Shown here: positions 1 through 9,553 of the stretch, piece by piece | How the letters are laid out: every line of letters begins with the position of its first letter | Position numbering within the stretch: position 1 is the stretch's first letter | Assembly (NCBI GenBank): GCA_034669905.1 | Contig: JAXMOL010000006.1 | Span: forward strand, 1 to 64,000 | Length of the DNA: 64,000 nt | Direction of reading: 5' to 3' | From: Candidatus Hydrogenedentota bacterium | Lineage (GTDB): Bacteria; Hydrogenedentota; Hydrogenedentia; Hydrogenedentales; JAEUWI01 | Made by a program: the position numbers and the translations under genes | Notes under the pieces: generated by a model | Databases searched by the model: none | What the model saw: only the letters and a program-made list of their open reading frames with translations | What the model was told of the DNA's origin: nothing

Positions 1-411
1 TGTTTTCGCGCGTGGCGACCCAATATGCTTGGTCTGAGTAGGGACGCCTCCACTACTTGTTGTATAGATGTCCCCCGTTCGCCAAAAAGTTCCATGAAAA
101 GGAGAAATTGCAGGAATTTATCCCATGAAACGATTTGATGCCACACAATTGGGACACACTTCATCCTATTGTACCAACCAAACGGCCTAACGTGACAGCC
201 GACGGGCACATTTTTGCGGAATTGCGGCACCAATCCGCCGGACGTTCCTTTGCCGGCACGCCTGATTTCCACTTCTAGCATCGCCCCCCGTCAACGTGTG
301 GTGGGGTTCAACCGTTCACTCATTGCATCGATCTCACAGCGGCGGGTACTATACCCGGACACGACCTGAGTGCAATACGAGTCGGCAGATGACTCGGAAG
401 GACCCCACTTT

Positions 412-2934
412 ATGAAGAAGACCCTGCTGAATCTCATCAGCACGATTCTCCTTGGCAGTATGCTGTTCGCACCCGTGACCTATGCTTCGGAGACCTGGCT
501 TTGGGCGGTGCCCCAGGCAAAGAAGCCGGCCCGCCATCTTGTGATGACGGTAACGCCGTCTTCAGAGACCCGAAACGCGGAGCGGGCGTTTTTTAATTGC
601 GACATCACCAGTGATTTCGGCTATCGGGGTGCTCAGGTCACCCTGGCGGTCCGCGACGAAAAAGGTGCGGTCATCAGCCAGGGCGTACTTCCCCTCGATA
701 TTAGCGCCGGGGCCAATAGCTGCTCCATTACACTGGACACCACCGATCTGCCCCTCGGCAGTTATGAGGCCGAGTTTTCCATTGCCCATACGCTGGTGTT
801 AAGCGAGCCCTCTCATACCTTCACCCTGCGACACGTCCGCGTCGACGATATGAAGTCCCGCCTCGCGGCGAATGAGACCCGGGCCGATGCGTTGGTCCAG
901 GCCCTGAAGGCAGACGGACGTCCCTTTCCGTATCTGCACCTGAAGGCCGCCGCGGCGCAGGATGTGCTTGCGCTGGCCCGTGAAAATGAAGCCCGCGGTG
1001 CCTGGGAGTCCCTGGAAGCCCAACTGCGCTATGTGGAAGAGCGTCTTGACGCGATCCACGCGGGACTGGTCTTCAGCGACGTGACGCGGGAGCAGACCCC
1101 CGATATCGAGATGCCGGAGCTGTCGAATCTGTTGATTCAGGATGGGGCGTTTTATGCGGGAGTCAGGCCCGTGTTTCTCTTTGGCGGGGCGCTGCTCTCG
1201 GGCGACCCGGAAGAGATTGCCCGATTGAACCGGTACCAGCTGCATGCGGCGACCCTCAGCGTTGGGCCCGACGCCAAGCCCGGTACCAGCAATTCGCCCG
1301 AAGCCCTGAAGGCCCGATTCGATGCGGTATTTGATGCGGCTGCCGCACACAACGTGGGTGTGACCATACAACTCAATCCGGAGTTGGTGGTGCGGGATGC
1401 GACCGAGGCGGCCCCTGCCCTGATGGCAGGCAACCGGGCCGACATTACGTCGGAAGCAGCGCTCGCGGCCTGGGAGCGTTATCTGCAAGCGATGGCCCCT
1501 GCCTTGAATGGACGTGCCCACTTGCTGGGTGTCAGCCTCGCCCAGGATCCCCACTTCTACTTTGATGGGGAATCGGTCAAGGCGGGATTCCTCGACTTTA
1601 TACGGGACCACTACCCCGATCGCCTGACCTTGAATCGGGCGTGGCGCTCCCACCTGGCGACCCTGGAGGACATTGAACTCCGCAGTAACAACCCCTATGA
1701 CACCTATCAAAATCACCGTTCTTTCCAGTTCGACTGGCTGACCTATCACCAGCGTCTGGGCAATGGCTATTTTAGCTGGTCGCTCGATCGGGCACGGAGC
1801 CACATGCCGGAAGTGCCCTTTACGGTGACCTTGCCCGCCACGGTTTTCGCGAAGGGTGAGTCGGTCTATGGGGTTGATCGGGAGGTGCTCTCCTCCGCGG
1901 TACAGCTTTCGGCAACGGCGGGTGTGACCGCGTCGACGGATCCCGTTTACGCCATGGCCTACCCGCTGCAGGCGGCCTACAACACGTTGCTGCGCTCCTT
2001 TGCGCCCGGGCAACCCATTCTGAATCTGAACAATGGGTGGGACTTCCCCGCGGAAGCGACGACCCAGGCTACCTATCGCTTTGTGCACAGTGGCGTGTGG
2101 GAAGGGGTCATGTCAGGATTGAGTGGTGCCACGGTGCCTATGGACTCCCTGCTGTTTCAAACGCCGGAGGCCCTCGAGGCCTTTGCCACGGCGGCCCTGG
2201 ACATCAATCGGCTGGCACCCATTGTACTTGCCTTTCAAAATGCCCCCACCGACGTGGGCATCCTGTTCAGTCAGTCTTCTAAAGTCTTTGATCAGGGCGA
2301 TCCCCACCTGAAATCGGCGCTCAACGCCTACGAAGGATCATCGTTCGGCGGTTACAACGTGCGTTTCATTACCGAAGCGCAGTGCAGCGAAGGGGGCTTG
2401 TCTGACGTCAAGATTGTGGTGATTCCCGATACGCCGGCCGTGAGCGATCAGACCTTCCGCGCCCTGAGTGACTACGTGGAGAGCGAAGGAACCGTCGCCC
2501 GGACCGGCGCGCCCATCCCCTACAACGAGCGGGGCTTCTCCCGGGACGACTTGATTCGTAACACCGGGAAGACGGTATTGGTCCGGGGTCTGAATCTCCC
2601 AACCGAATATCTCCACGCCATGGATGCGGCGAGTGTGCTGGGCAGTCTGCCCCAGATTCCGCGGACGATTACGCCCCAGGGGTATCCGCTGGAGGGTGTC
2701 CGTTCCCGCTTTGTGGAGCATGAAGGGGAACAGTATCTCTATGTCATCAACTTGCGCAAGGAACCCGCGTATTGCACCCTGGCGACCCCCACACGGACGG
2801 GCCGGGACCTGATCCACGGGCAGGATGTGACCTTCCCGACGACCCTCGAGCCCCTGGTGCCCATGCTCATCAAATTGAATCCGGTCCATCTGGAAATGAC
2901 CGTGACGGCCTCGGTATCTGACGAAGAATCCTGA
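412..2934 (+). CDS. Secreted GH42 beta-galactosidase-like protein (TIM barrel plus trimerisation domain) with N-terminal extension
   Basis: Signal peptide MKKTLLNLISTILLGSMLFAPVTYA. LNRAW..., FDW...HQ and C-terminal trimerisation-like VGILFS...YNVRFITE...IVVIPDTP segments. ATG 412 follows a GGAAGGA purine-rich element. Confidence 0.6.
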   Translation: MKKTLLNLISTILLGSMLFAPVTYASETWLWAVPQAKKPARHLVMTVTPSSETRNAERAFFNCDITSDFGYRGAQVTLAVRDEKGAVISQGVLPLDISAGANSCSITLDTTDLPLGSYEAEFSIAHTLVLSEPSHTFTLRHVRVDDMKSRLAANETRADALVQALKADGRPFPYLHLKAAAAQDVLALARENEARGAWESLEAQLRYVEERLDAIHAGLVFSDVTREQTPDIEMPELSNLLIQDGAFYAGVRPVFLFGGALLSGDPEEIARLNRYQLHAATLSVGPDAKPGTSNSPEALKARFDAVFDAAAAHNVGVTIQLNPELVVRDATEAAPALMAGNRADITSEAALAAWERYLQAMAPALNGRAHLLGVSLAQDPHFYFDGESVKAGFLDFIRDHYPDRLTLNRAWRSHLATLEDIELRSNNPYDTYQNHRSFQFDWLTYHQRLGNGYFSWSLDRARSHMPEVPFTVTLPATVFAKGESVYGVDREVLSSAVQLSATAGVTASTDPVYAMAYPLQAAYNTLLRSFAPGQPILNLNNGWDFPAEATTQATYRFVHSGVWEGVMSGLSGATVPMDSLLFQTPEALEAFATAALDINRLAPIVLAFQNAPTDVGILFSQSSKVFDQGDPHLKSALNAYEGSSFGGYNVRFITEAQCSEGGLSDVKIVVIPDTPAVSDQTFRALSDYVESEGTVARTGAPIPYNERGFSRDDLIRNTGKTVLVRGLNLPTEYLHAMDAASVLGSLPQIPRTITPQGYPLEGVRSRFVEHEGEQYLYVINLRKEPAYCTLATPTRTGRDLIHGQDVTFPTTLEPLVPMLIKLNPVHLEMTVTASVSDEES

Positions 2935-3043
2935 TCAGGATATCCCACCGCGCCCCATCCGGTGTGCGGTGGTCAACCGAATTTCAGCACAGACTTGGCA
3001 CGGGGGCACGTGCATTCCCCCCGTAGGTCGGAAGGAGCATGTT

Positions 3044-4528
3044 ATGCGTACGCTCACGATTTCCCTCGCCCTGGGTGCGATGGCCTGCACCGGCTTCGCC
3101 GAGCTGCAGAATGTGCAGATCGATATCGGTACACTTCCCCGCAGTGCGTCCCTGCAGTTGTCCGATACGTTGAAGGGGGCTATCAATGCGGGGGAGACCT
3201 CGCTGACGGATCAGACCGATGTGGCCGTGACGGCCTACAACAACAATCGGGCCCTGATTCGGGATCGCCGCACGATTAAGTTGCTCCCGGGCGAATCGAC
3301 CCTTCAGTTCATGGATGTGGCCGCCCAGATTCAGCCGGAAACGGTGAGTCTGCGCTCCCTTTCCCATCCGGGGGAATTGCATATCCTTGAGCAGAATTAC
3401 GAATACGATCTCATGAGCCCCGATGCCCTGATGAACAAGTATGTGGGCAAAGAGGTTCGGCTGATTAACAAGTCCTCGGAACTCACCTTCGTCGAACAGC
3501 CCGCCACCCTGCTCGGTAACAACAATGGCCCCATTTACGAAATCGGGGGCGAAATCTATTTGGGCCACCCGGGCTCGGTGGTCTTGCCGGAGCTGCCCGA
3601 GGAGCTGATTGCCAAGCCTTCGCTTATCTGGCTGCTCGACAACGCCGCCACCGATCACGACGTGGAAGTCACCTATCTTACCGGCGGGATTTCCTGGAAG
3701 GCGGATTATGTGGTCACCCTGGCGGAAGATGAAAAATCCCTTTCGCTTGAAGGTTGGGTGACCCTGACCAATGAATCCGGGGCCCAATATACAAACGCCC
3801 AGCTCAAGTTGGTGGCGGGCGATGTGAATATTGTGCAGCCTCCCATCGCTTTTGGGGGCGGTGGGGGCATGCGGCAGGAGATGGCCATGCGGGCCGCGCC
3901 TATGCAGGAAGAAAGTTTCGCAGAGTATCACCTCTATAGCCTCGACCGCCGTACCACCATAAAGCAGAACCAGACCAAACAGGTCAGTCTGCTTCGCGCG
4001 GACGACGTGGCGGTGTCCAAGGTTTACGAGTTCCGTGGACAAGGCTTCTACTACTCCCAGCCCCTGCCGACTCAGCAGGAGGAAAATGTGGGTGTTTATC
4101 TGAAGCTGAAGAATGAAGCGGCCAACCAGATGGGGATGCCCCTGCCGGGTGGCATCATGCGGGTCTACCAGCCGGACTCGGATGGGATGTTGCAGTTTTC
4201 CGGCGAGGATCGCATCGAACATACGGCCAAAGATGAAGAAGTCACGCTGCGACTGGGCAATGCCTTTGATGTGGTGGGCGAGCGCGTGCAGACGGACTAC
4301 AGCCGGATCGCGCCTACGGTTCACGAGTCGGGCTATACCATCACCCTCCGTAACCACAAGGAGGAGGCCATCACCGTGGAGGTGGTGGAGTCGTTGCAGG
4401 GGGACTGGAAGATGCTCGAATCATCGCTTCCCCATGTAAAGAAAGATGCACGGACGGCGGCTTTCTCGGTGCCGGTACCGGCGGACGGGGAGGTGGCGTT
4501 GAGCTACCGGGTGCGGGTGACTTTTTAG
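3044..4528 (+). CDS. DUF4139/DUF4140-domain secreted protein
   Basis: AAGGAG RBS and signal peptide. Motifs VTAYNNNRALIRD, LEQNYEYDL, YLTGGISWKADY, YHLYSL...TTIKQNQTKQV. Confidence 0.8.
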   Translation: MRTLTISLALGAMACTGFAELQNVQIDIGTLPRSASLQLSDTLKGAINAGETSLTDQTDVAVTAYNNNRALIRDRRTIKLLPGESTLQFMDVAAQIQPETVSLRSLSHPGELHILEQNYEYDLMSPDALMNKYVGKEVRLINKSSELTFVEQPATLLGNNNGPIYEIGGEIYLGHPGSVVLPELPEELIAKPSLIWLLDNAATDHDVEVTYLTGGISWKADYVVTLAEDEKSLSLEGWVTLTNESGAQYTNAQLKLVAGDVNIVQPPIAFGGGGGMRQEMAMRAAPMQEESFAEYHLYSLDRRTTIKQNQTKQVSLLRADDVAVSKVYEFRGQGFYYSQPLPTQQEENVGVYLKLKNEAANQMGMPLPGGIMRVYQPDSDGMLQFSGEDRIEHTAKDEEVTLRLGNAFDVVGERVQTDYSRIAPTVHESGYTITLRNHKEEAITVEVVESLQGDWKMLESSLPHVKKDARTAAFSVPVPADGEVALSYRVRVTF

Positions 4529-4566
4529 ATCCTCCCAAACTACCAAAACTGTGAAATAAGCTTACT

Positions 4567-4606
4567 TCGCCGTGTCGTGGCCCTTTCGACACGGCGATTT
4601 TCTGTT
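4567..4606 (+). terminator. Intrinsic terminator
   Basis: 11-bp stem TCGCCGTGTCG/CGACACGGCGA followed by TTTTCTGTTT, downstream of the DUF4139 stop. Confidence 0.75.
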
Positions 4607-4741
4607 TGGGTGAAAAAAAAATCCCTTCTCATGGAAGAAAACGCCACCTTCGGGCTACTCATTGTACAGATGCCCGGGTGTCGCGGCATCACCCCTCCAA
4701 TGTCCATGGTGGCGGTTTGACCGCCCGAAGGAGAATGTTCA

Positions 4742-5494
4742 ATGAATGCACGTGTGATGTCGTGGGATTCCGCGCTGGTGCGTGGCAGTGTGCTGATGGC
4801 GATGTTTTTGGTGCTCGGAGCAACGGTAGCCGAGGCCCAGCCCCGTCGTGGTGGCGGTGCGTCACCGGAAGCCTTGGCAAAGATACAGACGGCACAGGCG
4901 ACGGCGGTCGCGGCCTCTCTGAAGCTGGACGCCGAAAAGACGGCCAAACTGGTGTCAACCTTTACGACCTTTCAGGACGCCCAGGCGGACGATCGTCCGG
5001 GACGGGGTGGCCGTGGCGATTGGGAAGCCATGCGGGCCCAACAGGAGGCCCGTGCGAATGCCCTGACGACTGAATTCAAGACCTTTCTGGACGAGGCTGC
5101 GGCGAAAGAGGCCGGTTCCATCCTGGGTGGAAACACCCGAGGATGGGACCGCCTCGTGGGGCTCATTATGGGCTTCGGTCTCGAAGCGGCCCAGGAAGCC
5201 CAGGCCTTGGGATACACGCTGGACTATGTAAAGGCGACGGGTGCCGCCCAGGCCAGCCAGACCGGAGAACGGGATCTTGAAGCCATGCGCAGCGCGGCGA
5301 TGGCGGCCAAGAAAACGCTGGACGCCCAGGTGACGCCGTTGCTGAGCGACGCCCAGAAAGCCACCTGGTCCGAAGCAACGGAACGGGGTGGCCGTGGTGG
5401 CCGTCGTGGAGGGGATGCCGATCGGGGTGGACGCCGGGGCGATGATGGCGGCGATCGGGGTGGCCGTCGCCCGCGGGAAACGGGTCAGGAATAG
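4742..5494 (+). CDS. Secreted helical hypothetical protein with Arg/Gly-rich (RGG) segments
   Basis: AAGGAG RBS. Signal peptide ending AEA. Low-complexity RGGRGGRRGGDADRGGRRGDDGGDRGGRR tail. First gene of the exporter operon. Confidence 0.7.
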   Translation: MNARVMSWDSALVRGSVLMAMFLVLGATVAEAQPRRGGGASPEALAKIQTAQATAVAASLKLDAEKTAKLVSTFTTFQDAQADDRPGRGGRGDWEAMRAQQEARANALTTEFKTFLDEAAAKEAGSILGGNTRGWDRLVGLIMGFGLEAAQEAQALGYTLDYVKATGAAQASQTGERDLEAMRSAAMAAKKTLDAQVTPLLSDAQKATWSEATERGGRGGRRGGDADRGGRRGDDGGDRGGRRPRETGQE

Positions 5495-5590
5495 GTTAGC
5501 GGACATCGCGTCCGAATCGATACCCTCCTTCCCGGTGCGCGTCACTACGGCGCGTGCCGGGAAGGCCAACTGCATATAAGGAATCAGACT

Positions 5591-7558
5591 GTGAAATCCT
5601 CCAACACTTCAGTTGCACGTCGTGGCAAGCTTGCCCTCATCGCGGGTGCTGTCATCGTGGTCTTGCTGGTCATCGGCCTGCTCACACAGCGCTCAGGTAC
5701 GGTCGAAGGTTCGGTGAAGCGGGCCGAGGCCTTTACCGTGCGGGAAGGTCCCCTGACGATCAGCATTACGGAAGCCGGGACCATCCAGGCCAAGGACCAG
5801 ATCGTTTTGAAAAACGAGGTGGAAGGTCAGGCCCAGATCATTTATTTGATCGACGAAGGCACCGAGGTGAAGAAAGGCGACCTGTTGGTGGAGTTGGATG
5901 CGAGTCAGCTGGTGGATAGCCGGGTGGACCAGGAAATCCAGGTGCAGAACAAGGAGGCCCAGTATATCAGTGCCCGGGAGAATCTGGGGGTGGTGAAAAA
6001 CCAGGCGGAGAGTGATATTTCCGCGGCTGAGTTGGCCTATCAGTTCGCCCAGGAAGACTTGACCAAGTATGTGGATGGCGACTATCCCATGGCGGTGAAG
6101 GAGGCGGAAGCCAAAATCGCGCTGAGTATATCGGAGCAGCGTCAGACCAAAGAGCAACTACAGGGTTCCAAGCGTCTCTTTGACGAGGGGTTTCTGACCT
6201 CCATCGAATATGACCAGCACCAGGCCCAGGCCGAGCGCGCCGAGCTCGATTTGAAATTGGCCGAGTCGGCCATGGAGCTCTTGAAGAAATACACCTACGT
6301 TCGCCAGATGACCGAGTTGAAGAGTGCGATCGAAGAGGCCGAACGGGCCCTGGAGCGGGCACGACTGAAGGCCAACGCGGACGTGGTGCAGGCCGAAGCC
6401 AACCTGCGTGCCAGCGAATCGGAGTTTGAGCGTCAGAAAGACAAACTGGCCAAGCTCGATGAACAGATAGAAAAGACGAAGATTTTTGCACCGGCCGCCG
6501 GTCTTGCCATCCACGCAACCACAGCGACCGGGGGATGGCGTAGTCGTAACGAACCCCTCGATGAGGGGCAAACGGTCCGCGAACGTCAGGAGTTGATCTA
6601 TCTTCCGACGGCCAATCAAATGACGGCCGAAGTGCGGGTCCATGAGTCGAACCTGAACAAGATTCGTCCCGGCCTGGGCGTGCGGGTTACGGTAGACGCG
6701 CTCCCCGAGCTTTCTTTCAGCGGACACATCACGAAGATAGCGCCCTTGCCCGATGCGCAGAGTGCCTACATGAATCCCGATCTGAAGGTTTATACCACCG
6801 AGATCGATATTGAGGGCGCCAATCCGGCCCTGCGCACGGGGATGACCTGCGAAGCCGAGATCATGGTGGCCCGTTTCGAAAACGCGACCTACGTTCCGGT
6901 GCAATCGGTGTTTATGGTGCAGGGTAGTCCCACGGCCTTCGTAACGAAGGGTTCCGACGGATTCGAACAGCGCCCCGTGGAAATCGGGCTGGATAACAAC
7001 CGCATGTTGCAGATTGCCTCCGGTCTAACGGCAGGCGAAGAGGTACTCATGACGCCACCGCTCGATGTGGCCAGTTTGACGGCAGGCGATGGGGCCGAGT
7101 CGGTGAATGCGGACTTTATCGAATCCAAAGAGATTGTTGCGCCTGCGGTGACCCCGCCGGAACGCAGTGGTGGCCGCGGTGAACAGGCTGACCGCGCTGA
7201 AGGTGGGCGTCGCGAAGGCGGGCGTCGTGGTGGTGCTGATGGTGGCGAGGGTGGTGGTCGTCGTGGTGGTGCTGACGGTGGCGAGGGTGGTGGTCGTCGT
7301 GGTGGTGGTGACGGTGGCGAAGGTGGTGGACGTCGTGGTGGGGGCGAAGGCGGTGCTGCAGCCGCAGGTGGTCCGGGCGGTGGGGCTAACCTTTCAGACG
7401 AAGAGCGGGCGGCCATGCGGGAACGTTTCCAGAACATGTCGGAAGAAGAGCGCGCCAAAATGCGGGAAGAGCGCATGAAGAATATGACCCCGGAAGAACG
7501 GGCCGCGTGGGAGCAGCGTCGTCAGGGAGGGGGCAACCGTGAACGTCAGCCTCAGTAG
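5591..7558 (+). CDS. MacA-like periplasmic adaptor (membrane fusion protein) with long Gly/Arg-rich C-terminal tail
   Basis: N-terminal TM, lipoyl-like EGTEVKKGDLLVELD, long coiled coil, KIFAPAAG, VEIGLDN...IASGLTAGEEV. Upstream of ABC ATPase and permease. Confidence 0.88.
   Translation: MKSSNTSVARRGKLALIAGAVIVVLLVIGLLTQRSGTVEGSVKRAEAFTVREGPLTISITEAGTIQAKDQIVLKNEVEGQAQIIYLIDEGTEVKKGDLLVELDASQLVDSRVDQEIQVQNKEAQYISARENLGVVKNQAESDISAAELAYQFAQEDLTKYVDGDYPMAVKEAEAKIALSISEQRQTKEQLQGSKRLFDEGFLTSIEYDQHQAQAERAELDLKLAESAMELLKKYTYVRQMTELKSAIEEAERALERARLKANADVVQAEANLRASESEFERQKDKLAKLDEQIEKTKIFAPAAGLAIHATTATGGWRSRNEPLDEGQTVRERQELIYLPTANQMTAEVRVHESNLNKIRPGLGVRVTVDALPELSFSGHITKIAPLPDAQSAYMNPDLKVYTTEIDIEGANPALRTGMTCEAEIMVARFENATYVPVQSVFMVQGSPTAFVTKGSDGFEQRPVEIGLDNNRMLQIASGLTAGEEVLMTPPLDVASLTAGDGAESVNADFIESKEIVAPAVTPPERSGGRGEQADRAEGGRREGGRRGGADGGEGGGRRGGADGGEGGGRRGGGDGGEGGGRRGGGEGGAAAAGGPGGGANLSDEERAAMRERFQNMSEEERAKMREERMKNMTPEERAAWEQRRQGGGNRERQPQ
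7203..7350 (+). repeat. Coding tandem repeat (~33 nt unit, GGRRGGADGGE) in adaptor tail
   Basis: ggtggtcgtcgtggtggtgctgacggtggcgag-like units repeated about 4 times. Confidence 0.85.
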
Positions 7559-8279
7559 AACGCCCGTTACGGAAATGCCTGCGACCACCCGGGACGCAAT
7601 CATAACCCTCGACGCGGTCACCAAGCACTACATCATGGGCTCGACCGTGGTGCGTGCGTTGGACGGGGTAGACCTGCGTTTTGACCGGGGGGGCTTTTAC
7701 GCCATCATGGGATCGAGCGGCAGCGGGAAGAGCACCATGCTCAACCTGATTGGTTGCCTCGACCGGCCGACGGAGGGCGTTTACACGTTGGAGAACCGCA
7801 ACATCAGCACGTTGGACGACAACGAGTTGAGCGATTTGCGGCTCAAGTATATCGGGTTCATTTTTCAGAGTTTCAATCTGATCCCCCAGCTTACGGTGCG
7901 AGAGAATATTGAACTGCCGTTGTTCTATCAGCAAATCGCACCCGAAGAGCGGGCGCAGATTGCGGAGCATCATGCCGAGTCGGTCGGGCTGGCGGACCGG
8001 TTGAATCACCGGCCCACGGAACTCAGCGGGGGTCAGATGCAGCGTGTGGCCATTGCGCGCGCACTGGCGAACAACCCGACCCTAATCCTGGCAGACGAGC
8101 CGACCGGTAACCTGGACTCCAAGACGGGCGACCAGGTGATGGAGATTCTGCACGGACTGAACGAGGCCGGAAAGACCCTGATCATGGTAACTCACGAGCC
8201 CGATATTGCGGCTCATGCCCAGGTGATTGTACACATGAAAGACGGCAACGTCGAAGACATTGAGACGACCCGCCCATGA
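7539..8279 (+). CDS. ABC transporter ATP-binding protein (MacB/LolD type)
   Basis: Walker [40 protein letters not shown]. Start could be slightly downstream. Confidence 0.95.
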   Translation: MNVSLSRTPVTEMPATTRDAIITLDAVTKHYIMGSTVVRALDGVDLRFDRGGFYAIMGSSGSGKSTMLNLIGCLDRPTEGVYTLENRNISTLDDNELSDLRLKYIGFIFQSFNLIPQLTVRENIELPLFYQQIAPEERAQIAEHHAESVGLADRLNHRPTELSGGQMQRVAIARALANNPTLILADEPTGNLDSKTGDQVMEILHGLNEAGKTLIMVTHEPDIAAHAQVIVHMKDGNVEDIETTRP

Positions 8280-9553
8280 CCAAGCTGTATCTGATTCAGA
8301 ATATCGTCCTCGGAACCAAAAACCTCCTGCTCCACAAGCTCCGCTCCTTCCTGACCATGTTGGGCATGGTGTTTGGCGTGGCCAGCGTGATTGCCATGTT
8401 ATCCATTGGTGAGGGCGCGTCGGCCAAGGCCATGGAGGACATTCGCAAGCTGGGCAGTACCAATATTATCGTGAACTCCATGAAACCCATCGAAGAGGAG
8501 GGAAGCCAGAACCAGACGGGCAGTCGCGGGCGCGCGAGTATCTATGGGCTGCTCTATGAAGATGTGGACCGCGTCTTGAATACTTTCGACGCGGTGACCG
8601 CGGTGGTACCGGTGAAGTCCTTGCGAAAGGAAGGCCGACTGGGGGATAAGGCCCTGGATCTCCGGCTGGTGGGTACGGCTCCCGAATGGTTTGACCTCGT
8701 GCAGCGCCCCCTCATTGCCGGGCGGACCATGACGACGCGGGACAATGAAGACTTCGGCAACGTGGTGGTGCTAACCGAGTATGGGGCCCGGCGCGTCCTG
8801 GCGACCAAAGGCACGATCGGCCAGTCTTTACGGCTGGGTGGCGAATACTTCGAAGTTATCGGCATTGTGGAGAGTGAAGGCACGGCCAGCGGTGATATCC
8901 AGTCGCTGGACGAAAACGTGGATGCCTACATTCCCATCTCGGTGGCGAAGTCTCGTTTTGGCGATATGGTGACCATTCGCTCGACCGGCAGCTACCAGCG
9001 GGAGATTGTAGAGCTCCATCAGATGATCGTATCGGTGCGGACCAATGACGAGGTAGAGGGCACGGCCAAGGCGCTGGAATCCATGTTGCAGCGCTTTCAC
9101 ACCAACAAAGATTTTAACATGAGCGTGCCGCTGACCTTGTTGCGTCAGGCTGAGACGACCAAGCGAACCTTCAATATCGTGCTTGGTTCCATTGCGGCCA
9201 TCAGTCTGCTGGTGGGTGGGATTGGTATCATGAATATCATGCTGGCTTCCGTGACGGAACGTACGCGGGAGATTGGTGTGCGTCGGGCGATTGGAGCACG
9301 ACGGGCACAGATTATCCTGCAGTTTCTCATTGAAACCGTTGTGCTTTCGGTGGCCGGTGGGCTCATGGGTATCGTAATCGGATTTGCCATCCCCTGGGGG
9401 GTCACCTATTTTGCGGGCATGCCCACCATTGTCACGATGACGAGCCTGGTGATGTCGGCCGGTATCAGCGTGGCGGTCGGCATTGTATTCGGTCTGTACC
9501 CCGCCATTCGGGCGGCCAATCTGGACCCCATCACGGCGTTGCGTCATGAATAA
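8276..9553 (+). CDS. ABC transporter permease (MacB/FtsX type)
   Basis: KLRSFLTMLG, ISLLVGGIGIMNIMLASVTERTREIGVRRAIGA, YPAIRAANLDPITALRHE. Confidence 0.95.
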   Translation: MTKLYLIQNIVLGTKNLLLHKLRSFLTMLGMVFGVASVIAMLSIGEGASAKAMEDIRKLGSTNIIVNSMKPIEEEGSQNQTGSRGRASIYGLLYEDVDRVLNTFDAVTAVVPVKSLRKEGRLGDKALDLRLVGTAPEWFDLVQRPLIAGRTMTTRDNEDFGNVVVLTEYGARRVLATKGTIGQSLRLGGEYFEVIGIVESEGTASGDIQSLDENVDAYIPISVAKSRFGDMVTIRSTGSYQREIVELHQMIVSVRTNDEVEGTAKALESMLQRFHTNKDFNMSVPLTLLRQAETTKRTFNIVLGSIAAISLLVGGIGIMNIMLASVTERTREIGVRRAIGARRAQIILQFLIETVVLSVAGGLMGIVIGFAIPWGVTYFAGMPTIVTMTSLVMSAGISVAVGIVFGLYPAIRAANLDPITALRHE

